The notes under the pieces are model-generated. The model was given only the letters and a program-made list of their open reading frames with translations. It searched no databases and was not told the DNA's origin. Below, piece after piece: positions 25,235 to 37,141 of a DNA stretch of 64,000 nt. Numbering within the stretch: position 1 is the stretch's first letter; every line of letters starts with the position of its first letter. The stretch is from positions 62,001-126,000 of the forward strand of contig CDMY01000179.1 of the NCBI GenBank assembly GCA_001179505.1, given 5' to 3'. The translations under genes and the position numbers were made by a program. The DNA is from Vitrella brassicaformis CCMP3155. Taxonomy: Eukaryota > Protista > Chromerida.

Positions 25235-26522
25235 GTGAGTATGTGTGTGCGGTGAGGTGAGACCACTTGGGTACCGGTGTTGAATGTGTTGCAATCGTAT
25301 CTCTCTCTCTCTCTGTCCGGTAAGTCCGAGCACACGCAGCACGCAGAACGCATCACGCGTATGCAATGCAGACACACACACACAGCCCCCCAAGTACATA
25401 CGACTATGTAGATGCACTCACTCACACACAGACACACACAGGCACACTTATAAATCGCCATGCCATGCAGACCAGACAGCCAAAACCAATCCACAGACCT
25501 GCGATGGTTGGGGACGTCATTCACGGGGCGGGCGAGAAAACCTGCGATACTAGAGAAAGGGCCCGCGATAGAAGCCTTGGCAGGCAGCGCATGAAGAGGG
25601 AAAGGGATCGGAAAGCTCTCTGTCTGCCTGACTAGGGAAGTGGCAGTGTGCACGTAGGCAGCCCATCCATGTAACTACCTATGTGATGTATATGGCGATG
25701 ATGGACTATGGAATGAATCAGTGGAGCTATGCTCGTGTACTTGAGGATGCGTACGTACGTCTACACACCCCTTTGGATATGACTGACTGGCTGACTGACT
25801 GACGACTGACTCACTGACTAGCTGGCTGACTCGAGCGACAGACAGAGAGACTTCTCTTCTTCAGATATGCGTGCGTACATTGACACAGACAAAGGAGAAG
25901 TTAACACACCCACAGCCCCATACAGCTACTCAGCATATGCATACAGACGCCTCTCCATGTGTGCATCGAAAACCCCACACGCATGTAGGTAGCATAGCAG
26001 CACCTGGCCGTCACGATCGATGTCCCTCAAGCTTCGTGACGGTAAAAAAACAGCGAGCGGCTTTGTACACCTGCCTGGCCTGTACGTGTGCCTGTGTGTG
26101 AAACTTCCATTGCGCAATGCATTGGGAAACTTGACACCCTTCGCCAGCCAGCAGTGCCTGCCTGCGATATAATACAACCATCATCCCCCCTCCACTCCAC
26201 TGACAAATGACAATCCAATCGCAGCAACATCATCCATCCCGTCAATCCATGTACACACGCCACACGCTACGTCACGCACATCTGTTGACATGACATCGCC
26301 GCCGAATTAGCTCACACACACGCACCTGTCTCTCTCGCTCGCTCTCGCTGTGTGAATGGTGTGAGGCTGCCTGTGTCCCCCTCTCCCGTCGCGTCATCTC
26401 TAGGTGCATAAAAGTACATATTCTCACTATCACGACTGACTGACTATCTTGCCGTGCCGCGTATGTGCGCATGCATGGCATGCACCCCCCCTCACCACAT
26501 CATATCATACATCGTCCCTCAT

Positions 26523-29500
26523 TCATCCCAGCTGGGGCAGGTCGGTCGGGGGAGAAGGTGGCGGGCAGTACCGACCGATCGCCGCCCGCAGCGTCTCATC
26601 TCCATCCAGCACGCTGATGCAACCGCTGCTCGTCGTGGCCGTCGGCGACGCGATGGCCTTCTGCGACAATGACAGACTCTCCAGGAGCCCAAAGAGAGAC
26701 GGCGCCGTCGACCGGCCCGTCTGCCCACCAGCTGGGGTGAGCTGATCGCCCTCATTGTCAGCCGCCTTCTCATTGCTGTCGGGGTGGGACGGCTCGGATG
26801 CTCCGGATGGCTCTGTGGTGTCCTCTGCATCGGCTGCGGCCTTCTCCTGCGTCACACAAGGGTCGTTCTGGAACGTCTCGACGTACATGTCGCCATCGCC
26901 CCCCTCCCGCGGCCGCCAGGTGATGCCGGGGGAGACCTGCTTCGTCCTCTGGGCGGCGGCGTGTGTGCGGCTGCGCGTGCTGCTCTTGGCGTTGGTGGCT
27001 TGTCGGTGTCGGCATATCATGCAGGTGCAGAGGACGCCGTCGGCAGCGGCGGCGACCACCACCAGGATGGCAAGAGCCATGACGGCCATGTCAGGGCCGG
27101 CGGGCGGTGTGAAGATCTTCTGCCGACTGTGGTCGCTGGCGAGGCGGCGGAGCCTCCTCTGCCGTTTGTCGCCGCTGTTGGTGGCACTGCCGTCGACGCT
27201 TGACGCCATGAGGACCTCTTCCTCGTCTGTGTTGAGTGGGTTGATGTCGATGGGGACCTGAGGACTGCATGTCTCGGCATCGTTGGGAACCAGGTCCCAT
27301 ATGCAAAACTGCAGGATGCAGGGATGGAGGGTGGGTTGCTCTGGACATACACGTACACACATACACATACACACACACACAGAGGATGTGTCCATTCTGT
27401 CGTTGGGAGGGTAAGCGTACCGATCACTTCAAATCGGATGTACCAGGTGCCGTTGTAGTAGTCGCGTGGCGTCATGAAGTCCTCGGGCCAGCCCTCAGGC
27501 AGCGTCACGTTGGCCTTGGTCTCCTCGCTGCCGTATTTCTCCAGCTCTATCAAGTTGAAATACGAACCTGACCACATACATTTACACCATGAACACAGAG
27601 ACGGTGGGAGTAAGGACGAGCATCCACTCACCGGCCGGGTCGTAGCTTTCGTCCATCGTGATGGTCTCGTCCATGATGAGCAGTACGCCATTGACATTCC
27701 CGTCCTCGGCGTACTTGGCAATGTCAATGGTGGCCTCGTGGCCAGCGGGAGCAGCAAGCACGGTGAGCCGCGCCTTCATGGGGTAGTAGTCGGTGTGTCG
27801 GTCCCAGCAGCGATTTTCAGGATCGGACTCTTTCTGTGTCAGGTGGCAGCCTGGCAGAGGCGACAGGGCTCTTGTCATGGTTGTGTGTGCTGCTGTTGAT
27901 TCTGATAAGCGTGTGTAGTCACCTGGGAATGCCCCCTGGTCGCTGTCGCCCGCCCGGAACGGCACGCCGATCTTGTCCCAGCCGGCGGGAGACTTGAAGT
28001 CTACCTGCAGAAGGACACACAAGTGACAGCTCGTCTGTCTACCTGGTCTCCTTGATTATGCCTCCACTCACCGGCGAGTCACTGTTGTGCTGCCACCATT
28101 CAGCCGGGCTGGTGACGAGAATGCCCACTCCTCCGCCCTTGCCAGCCATCTCTTCCTCTCCCTCTATATCGCTGGGTGGGGCCGTCGACACCAACGCTGA
28201 CGAGACGAAACAAGACAATAAGAAAGGAATGAGGGACCGACAGAGTGCCTGCCTGCCTGCCTGTGAGTGCATACCTGGGTCGTATTCGAGCACGCTGCAC
28301 GACCAAGTCTCTGTGTCGCCATCGGGTGGGCACGCAGCCTCGAGGGGGCGGCACTGGGCATATGTCTAGTCGAAGGTGGAAGCAGGCAGGTCACACGCAC
28401 GTATCCACGTTGCCGGTCGGTTAGCCAGCTGCTTACCTCGTCTTTCTCCATGCAGTAGTGTGTGGGGTCCTGGCAGCATCGAGTGCCCAGACAGTCTTCG
28501 AAGTCGGCAGAACAGTCCATCTCACGATTGACATCTGCCGGCAGGGGCGGCTCCTGGGGAATGTCATTTACCACGGAGCTGCACAAGAAGGAATCATCCA
28601 CAGAACGATCAGTTGTCGGCTTGAGAGACGTTCTTGGCTTACTCAGGGACGATAAGTGTGTCGATGATGTGCACCACACCGTTCCCTGCCAGCAGGTCAG
28701 CCTTGACGACGGCAGCTCTCTTGTTGCCGGCAGTGACGGCCTTGCTCGTGTAGACCATGGGTTCACCGAGCAGAGGCGTCACACTCTCAGCCTCGGCCAT
28801 GGCCGCTGCACAAGAGATAGATAGACTAGACATAAGAGGTGCCTTCTCCTTGTGGGCCATCCCACCGTCTGTGTATGTGTCCCAGATGACGTGGTGGAGC
28901 ATTAACTGATGACACACAGACAGGGCTTGGTTCGGATCGCACATTGCCCCGCCATGTCCCCTCCTCACTCACCTCATTGAGTTTGTCAGACTTCCTGGCG
29001 ACCAGGCGGGCGGTATCGGCGTCCAGCTTGCCGAAGGCATCGTTGCTGGGCGCCAGGATTGTGTAAGTGGAATTTGGCTCCACCAGCAGGGCAGACAAGC
29101 CCGCCACCTTGATCCACTCCCAGAATGTGGACGTCTCCTGACAGACAGAGGGACCACAGCAACGCAACACCCCTTATGTGACGGCTGGCTGGAAGTTTTG
29201 TCCAGGTACCGACCTCTGTTGTGGCCAAGAAGGAGATGACCGTATCATTCGCTGCTGCAACCATGCCTGGTCAGGTGTCCTGTCTTGTATTGTCTGTCTC
29301 CTTACACTTACCACCATCAGCCGTATCGGCTTCGTTGGACAGCACCTGACAGCTCCACTCCCACTCATCTGGGGGACACGCCTCGGCTGCAGGCCGACAC
29401 TGAGCAAACTCCTGAACCCACCACAGACCATTCAACCCCGTGTTGTGTTGGTCATGTCTTCATGTCTGTGTGATCGGGTATTTTGTTTCGTCTACCGCAT

Positions 29501-30554
29501 TTGATTGTTTGCACTGGAAGTCCTTGCTAGCGCAGCAGTGGGTGTGGACGCACCCATCAAAGTCACTAGAGCAGCCGGCAGGGCCATCCACTGGAGCTGC
29601 CACTCTGTTGATCTCTGCAACGCGGACAGAAAGACACACAAGGAACACGGAACACGTCAAGTAACCGCATCGGCCTCCCTCTCATCGCACCTCTGACATC
29701 CCCGTCAGCAGGCGGCCCCGTCAGGACGGCCTCCCAGTAGGGAGCGCATATCTCTCGTTGGAAGTCGTCTTGCCATATGCAGAACTGAAAGGTCGTGCTG
29801 GCGTTGCTCGGCTGCTGATAGACCTCATAGCGGAAGAACCACTCGCCCAGCGTGAAGTTGTGCGGTGACGTCCAGTCCTTCGGCCAATAGTCCGGGAAAA
29901 CGCCTACAGGAACGACGCACACACATCAGCACTCGTGCGTCTGTGCTGACAATGCGTGCATCTATCGGCTGACCTACCGCCTTGGTCGTGGACGGGGTAG
30001 TACCAGAAGCCGTGATCGAAGTTGGGCTTGTTTTGCTCGACCATGGTGATCTCCTCATCGAACGCCAAGAACTGACTGGTGTTCTGCCCGCTGGGCAGCT
30101 CACTCTTGGGCGTGTTCATGTAGTAGGCCCAGCCCCTGAAGCTGTCCCCGCTGGCCACAGCAACCACCGTCGCTCTGAAACTGATCGGTAGATACGCCGC
30201 CCGCCGGTTCCAGCACCCATCAGGACCCTTGGAGAGGTCCGACACGATGCACCCGCTATCGACCAGCTCGGATGTGCCGGCAGACTCCTCTTGCAGCCTC
30301 CTCTTGGTCTCCTGCGCGACGGGGATCCTCAGTTCAAGCTCGGGCATGAGGGCGGCGAGGTCGGATGCGTTCATCATGGAGCGCAGGGGCAGCCCCAGGT
30401 GTTGGAAGGTGTGCGGCCTGTCGAACTGGACGGGGCTGTCAGGGTACTTCTCCCACCACGACGACGGCTTGCTGGAAGTGATGGCCACGCTGCCGCCATG
30501 CACTTGCCACAACCAGCAGCATGATGAGGCCGCCAGGGCCCAGAGGAGGCGCAT
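26523..30554 (-). CDS. Type I membrane protein: signal peptide, unknown domain X1, Cys module, fasciclin (FAS1), Cys module, unknown domain X2, TM, cytoplasmic tail
   Basis: Signal MRLLWALAASSCCWLWQVHG. FAS1 motifs YTILAPSNDAFGKL, LMLHHVI and DLLAGNGVVHIIDTLIVP. TM MAVMALAILVVVAAAADGVLCTCMIC followed by RHR. Confidence 0.8.
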
Positions 30555-30856
30555 GGCGGGGCCGCCGCCCAGCGTTGTCCGTGGTGCTTCTCTTGTGGCG
30601 TGCGCCTGCCCCCCTGCGTGCGAAAGCAACACACGATGCAACCGCCGATCGACACAGCGTTCACTTTTAACGGCTGGTCGTTGGACGAACGGCAGGCTTT
30701 TTGCAAAACCAGCCCAGACTTTTTTCTTCTTTTCCCCTTCCTCTCGCGCCTTGTCCTCTCGCTGCCAAGTGCGTTTTGCTGTGTAGTAGGTGTAGCCATC
30801 AGCCCGTAGGACAGATACCGACTACACACCGGTAGAGTAGACACGGCCGACGAAGG
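30555..30856. promoter_or_regulatory. Putative bidirectional promoter between the two fasciclin surface-protein genes
   Basis: 302 bp separates the divergent ATGs and includes T-rich tracts. Confidence 0.5.
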
Positions 30857-31380
30857 ATGGCAGCGCGACTCTCCCTGTTGCTGCTGAGCTGTCTGCTCGC
30901 CCTCACAGCCCTCCCCTTCACAGGCAAGCACACCACAGCACAGAGCGGCGCAGTCAGGAAAAGACACGGACACACACCCCCTCTTTGTTGCTCTGCCGTT
31001 GCAGTGTGTCAGGAGGCCACTTCGCCTCCCGCCGCCGATGACAGCGACAGCGCGGCCTCTGTGGGGTCTCCCGGTGCGGGTGCGGCCGACAAGAGCGTGG
31101 ACCAGGTGCTGGCTGACCTGAAGAAGGACGAGGAGGCCAAGGCGGCCGAGGGCGATGACGAGGAGACCCCTCTGCCCTCCGGCCCGATGCCCGAGAACTG
31201 CACCACGTCGGGCGTCCAGTATATCGGACAGCTCGTCACCGACTTCGTCCCGCTCTACAAGGAGGAACGGTCAGTCAGTCAGGGTGCGTGGGTCCCCGGG
31301 GGACAGGCACACGCAACACCACACCATCCTTCGCCTGCACTTGTTGTCTGTCTGTCTTTGCTGTCCCTTCCCTCCCTCCG

Positions 31381-31422
<42 letters not shown>

Positions 31423-34355
31423 CAGTACGTGTCAGCAGGCGTGCCAGTCCCACCCGGCGTGCTACTTCTTCAGCTTCTACCACGGCCTCGACGGTGAGCT
31501 GGTCAACGTGCAGGAGGGCGACGAGATCGAGCTCGCCGTCCCCGATTACGAGGAGGAAGAGGAGCTCGACAGACGCGCACTGGCATTTGCCGACTTCGAC
31601 GACGTGTCCAAGCGTCGGTTCCGCGGGCTGCAGGGCAAGATGCCGACTGCCGACGAGGTCATGCTCAACCCCAAGGCCGGCGCCTGCTTCCTCCTGGGCG
31701 CCTACGTCAGGAAGGAGATGAAGGCCAAGTTCGTGTCGGGGCCACGCACATGCGGTGAGTGAGTCGGTGGGAGGGAGGGAGAGGGGTGTGGACGGATGCA
31801 TTGTGTTGTGTGTGGGCTGCTTTATTGTGGTTGGTCGCAGCGAGTGAGTGCGTGAAGATGTATTCGGACAACTGCCTGGCGACCCGTTGCTGCTCGCGCG
31901 CCACGGCCACGTGTGTGTCGAAGGATACCTTCTTCGCCCAGTGCCGCCTGCCAACCGACGCCTGCCCCGGCAAGGGATGGAACTGCTACAACATCTGTGA
32001 GACTACACCCCACCCACACCGAGCACACCAGCAGATCATTTCCCTCACTGTGTACGTGTGTGTGGTGTGTGTGTGTGGTGTGTGTCAGCGTCGATGCCGT
32101 CAGGTTGTCTGGAGTATGACATGGAGTACGCCCCCCAGTCCTTCGCCAACGACATTGACGAGATCCTCGACGTTGAGACGGAGCTGCACTGCCAGGAGCT
32201 CTGCAAACAGCACGACAAATGCAACTACTGGAGCTACAAGTAAGTTGAGTACTCGACGCGGGCAGGCAGGCAGGCAGGGAGGGGCAGTCCACTCACTGTT
32301 GGTGTTGCTCTGTTGTGTTTTGTGTGGTGTTTTGGTTTGGTGTCTGTTAGCCCGTATTACAAGAAGATGTGTCTGCTCAAGAAGAAAAACAAGCCCAAGA
32401 TGCACGTCAAGGGCGTTATCTCGGGCGTCAAGGACTGCGCAGGTGCGTGTCGGCACGGCTCGCCCCAGAAAAGCCACAGCACACCCACCGCATCACAGTG
32501 CACTGCTCACCCTCGTCTGTCTGTGGTGTGCTCGCCTTTCAGGTTTCGAGCAGCCCAACCTGATCGATTACATCGCCGAACAGCCCGTAAGTAACGCGAC
32601 CGAGCCACCCTGCACACCTGCACGCCACTCCTTGTTTTGTCTGTTGTGTGTGGTGTTCTCGACTGTCAGGAGTACAAGGAGTTCTACAAGCGTGTTGAGC
32701 TGGCCGGCCTCGATTCGTTTCTCAACACCAACACGTCTGCCGCCAAGGGCAACTCGACGGGCTTCACGGTCTTCATCCCCGTCAACCAGGCCTGGGAGAA
32801 CCTCGACCCCAAAGTCAAGGAAGAAATCGAAGCCGACAAGTTTAAACTCGGTACCATCATCAAGGGACACATTGTCGAGAGACCCGTCGGGGTCGAGAGA
32901 TACCTCGGTATGTAGGCTGATGGCACCTCCTGGTCGCGTGGAGGTCTGCATTTGTGTGTGCTGTGTGTGGGATGTCAGGTGAGGAGACGGTGAAGGGTTT
33001 GAAGACTGCGTCGGGCGAGACCATTGCGGTGTCCCGCCGCGCGTCCAACGAGGGCAAGATGCAGATCAACGACGCCAACGTCCTCATCCCTGACATCAAG
33101 GCAAAGGTACCGACTGGCGCCCACACGCCCCAGTTTTCCGGTCCCCAGCCCACATTTTCTCTGCTGTTGTCTGTCTGCGTGTCTGTCGCGTCTCAGGACG
33201 GCATGATCACGACGATAGCCAAGGTGTTGCTGCCCGTCGAGATGATGGATGAGGCCATGCCCTCGATAGACGAAGACGACTCAGCGTCTCTCCTCGACAT
33301 GGCCCCTGAGGAGGAGGAGGAAGAGGACGAAGAGAGCACCGAAGAGAAGGACACCCTGATCAGCTCCTCCCTGCCCGACACACCCACGACAGGCACCAAG
33401 AAAACCAACGCGACCACCGGAAGCAGCAAGCTCCCCTCCATCAGCTCGGGCAGCAACACCACCACCACCAAGACGGTCACCAACACAACCACTGCTGGAT
33501 CAGGCAGCACCCCAAGCACCAAGACCACCAAGACCACCAATACCACCCTGTCGACGGGCAACAGCACCGCATCGACCCTCATCGGCAGCGCGGCTCCCAA
33601 GAAGCCCGCCAACGACACCCTGGCCACGTCCAAGAAGTCAACCGACGACTCCCTCTCCAGCTCGTCGCTGGAAGACGACGCATACGGCTCCAGCAGCACC
33701 GGCCTCCTCGATGAGCACGACATCGCCGCCACAGCAACCACCAGAGATACATCCAGCGTCAGCAGCACCAACAGGACCGCAGTAGTGGAGGTCAACACTC
33801 CCGGGCCATCAGCTGACGAGGAGGCCGGCGCTTCCCCCAGAATTGAGGACTTCTACGACACCACATCGACGAGCGACGACAGCTCCATGCAGGAGGGGAC
33901 GGCCGACTCGTCCTTCCAGCCCGGCCAGCCCGCCGAGACGTCAGAGATCGAACACCACGCCACCGAGACCGAGGAGAGCGACGCTGCCGCAGGGTCGTCC
34001 CCCAAGCTGACGGCACCTACGGTTGAGGAGCTGCACGAGGCCGCCAGCAAGAGCAGCAGCCAGGGCGGGTCGGGTGGTGTGCTGGGTCTGCCTGTGTGGC
34101 TGGAGATCATGATGCTCGTGGTCATCGTCGGCCTGGCCGTTGTCGGAGGTGAGACAGGGAGGCACACCTACCTCACCACCAGAGGCACGGAGTGGAGTGA
34201 ATGGAGTTGATTTCTATGTTGTGTGTCATGTATGTATGTCAGGTGTGGCGGCCTTTGTGCTGAAGCAGCGCAGGAAGGAGGAGGAGGGCCCGACGCCCAC
34301 CAGACGCCCTGTCCGCATCGAATACACGCACGGAGGCAACCACAGCAGCAGCTAG
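30857..34355 (+). CDS. Type I membrane protein: signal peptide, PAN/apple, Cys module, PAN/apple, FAS1, Ser/Thr-rich mucin-like stalk, TM, short tail
   Basis: Signal MAARLSLLLLSCLLALTALPFTG. PAN motifs CQQACQSHPACYFFSF and ETELHCQELCKQHDKCNYWSYK...CLLK...VISGVKDC. FAS1 motifs FTVFIPVNQAWENL, IIKGHIV and DIKAK|DGMITTIAKVLLP. TM LPVWLEIMMLVVIVGLAVVGG|VAAFVL followed by KQRRK. Confidence 0.85.
31381..31421 (+). repeat. Intronic (TC)n(TG)n compound microsatellite, one example of abundant SSRs
   Basis: Directly visible tctctc...tgtgtg immediately before a tgcag acceptor. Confidence 0.95.
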
Positions 34356-35595
34356 ACTAGACACAGATGGAGGGAGGAGGGAGGGAGGGAGGGGCTGACT
34401 GAGGGGGTTATGTGATGTGATGCGATGTGGTCGGTCTGTCTGTCTGTCTGTATTGCTTGTTTGTACTGTGACGTCACTGCACTGATGGTTGACGAATGAC
34501 ATGGTGGGTGGTGTGATGGCTAATGCGTGTTACCGCAAGCAATTTTCATCCGTTCATGTCATGTATGTCTGTCATGCGATGGGATGCGTGTCTCTTTATC
34601 TATTTATTCATGGGTGTGATACTTTCATCACATAGCAGCTCAGCTAGATGTCTCTGTGTCTGCAGATATGTAGCCTAGCCGCCACAGCCAGGTGGTTTCG
34701 TTGCCACAACTAGCTCGTCGCGAAATAGTCTCTTGTATGTATGCATGGATGTAACTATTATGTGCTGCCGCATATATATGATATGTATTTGTCGTTTGGA
34801 TTGCAGTCGCTTGGATGGATGGATGGATACACAGATAGACAGCGACGGCTTGTCCACGACGGGCCGAATTTGTCTACTGCCTAATGTGAGTGGACAGATC
34901 CATGTGTCCTTCGAGTGAGTGCACAGAGATAGACACCGACCGGGGCGAGCGCGTGTTCATGCGCTCGCGTGTACAGCCTGGGACAGATGACGATCGCATA
35001 CCTACGTACGTACAAACGCACCGTGTGTCTGCTGTGAACGTAGCCATGGATGGATGGATGGATGGGTGGATCGGCGGATGGGTTAAGACGGTTGGTCGGT
35101 CGGTCGGTGGTCTTTAGGGGACAGAGAGAGAGGGGACGTGGGGTGCACACATCCCGTCGACTACGTGTGTATGCGATGCGTGGCCCATGCTGATTTTACC
35201 GTCACTTTGATGCTAGCTAGTTGGGCTGCGCGGGTGGGGTGCACACACATCGCTTCTGTGACGTGACGATCATGTTGTTCATCTGTCTGTATGTATCCAC
35301 CTATTTATTTATCAGTGCTGGACAAGTAAGTGTTCGATTCAAGCAAGCGTACGCACGTGATTCACTCGATGGAGCACGGCAGTGGATGGATGCATCCAAG
35401 CACTAAGCAATCGACTATTCACCACGGCCGCTGGCCACGGACTTCGGCAAGCCAACCAACTATGCACTACCAGCCTCCAATTCGAATCTATTCCTCTCCT
35501 ACCCGTCCTCATCCTCCTCCACTAGCGGCCCGATCTGTCGCTGACGATGGATAGACACACGCCCATTGACGGAGACAGCGCCCCGCTTGAACTCT

Positions 35596-36946
35596 TCATC
35601 TCTCTTCTTTCACCTGTTGGTCGTGTGTTGCCGTCAACTCAATCTCAGAGTCCGCCTGCCTATCGATGTGGAACTCCCCGATCATCGAGTCACCAGGGAA
35701 GCGATCGAGAATGGACTGGCCGACAGGGCTATCCGCGGCCGCCGAGATGGTCACTTGAAGCTTACGCAGACCCCTGATGCGCCCGATGAGTGACGAGAGG
35801 CCAGCGTGGACGTGCTCACCCGGATCTTCAACACCATCAGGAACTGAACACACACGAGAGAATCAGTATCGTGTGAGAGAACATGTGGGCTCACCGTCAG
35901 CTGCAAAAATTAGCCGCCGTGTAGTCGGGAAATGAGGCGCCGCTTCGACGAGCTGCGTCAGACCCACGCTCCCAAGATCCACGAAACCCACCCTCCTCTC
36001 GCCGCTCCCCAGCTCCCTCACAATTCGATTGCCTCCTCGCCCCGCACCCTTCCTGTGTCAACACCACGTACCCGGCTTGGCATTTTGGCGACCAGCATCT
36101 GGCCCGCAGCGCCACCGAATCGGTTCAACACCTGTAGCGACCTGGCCTCCGGAAAAGGCCGCTGGTGCTCGATGATGCGGGGGTTGGGCGAGGGGGTGTC
36201 TGCAGGGGGGTCGAAGCCATCCCTAGCCTCAATGAATATCTTGGCTGCGCGTGTGAATGTGAGGCTAGAGGCGACGTCGATGGCCGCCGCACTGGGGTTG
36301 TCCACTGGATGGGTGAGGTCATGCTGACTGAGCCGATAACTCACTGCGTACGCCTCCTGCAGGCCAGATACCTCATCCCGCTCTTGAAGACGCGATCGGA
36401 GGGGTTGGGAGGGAAATCGTCGCTGTAGAAGACGGCCAGGCCGAACGCGTAATGCCTCGTGCGAGATCCCCCGAAGGTCACGGCAGCAGTCGGTTGGCAA
36501 CACGTCGACACGAGCTGCTCGAGCGCGACGAGGAGGCGAAGAGTGCCACTGCTCACGTCACGCCTGAGCACTTCCAAGTTGATGTGAAGCTCGGCAAGGG
36601 TATTGCGACAACCGCGCGAAGAGAGCGCTGCCTAAAGACAAGAGAAGAGAAAGCAGCAGGCACAAGAAGTTTGGGCACAGGCGACTGCGGTGTTGTAGGC
36701 GCAGATCATGATTATCTTGCCAACCTGCAGCAGCGCGACCTCCTGCGGGTTAGCAGCGTGCACGGCGCCAATGCTCTCACGCCTCTGCCGCTGCCCATAT
36801 GGTGCCGTCACACATCCGGCGGCCTCCTTGAGCAGCTCATCGCCCTCCTCCCGACCGCATGTGACACTGTGCAGCTGCGATGGGGCGGCGATGGACTCAC
36901 CACCGGCTGCTCCACCGTCGTTGTTCTTCCGCTTCTTTGGCGCCAT
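35596..36946 (-). CDS. Lineage-specific hypothetical protein with apparent frameshift near 36350 (possible pseudogene)
   Basis: Coding-like exons MAPKKRKNN...VALLQ|AALSSRGCRNTLAELHINL...FKSGMRYLACR continue in another frame as AYAVSYRLSQHDLTHPVDNPS...; the final exon is SVPDGVEDPGEHVHAGLSSLIGRIRGLRKL. Confidence 0.5.
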
Positions 36947-37141
36947 TCAACACCGTCGCATTACGAGCTTTGCATTGAAGGCCGCGGCCCTGAACACACA
37001 CATTTGCACACACAGACGTCACACACAGACCTAAGTGTGCTCATGGAGCTCTTAAAATTGTAGCTCCCCTTGCTCGTGCAGTGCTTGTGCTTCGCATACG
37101 TGTGGAGGAAATCGAGCGACTCGTCATGATGGTGGCACCAG

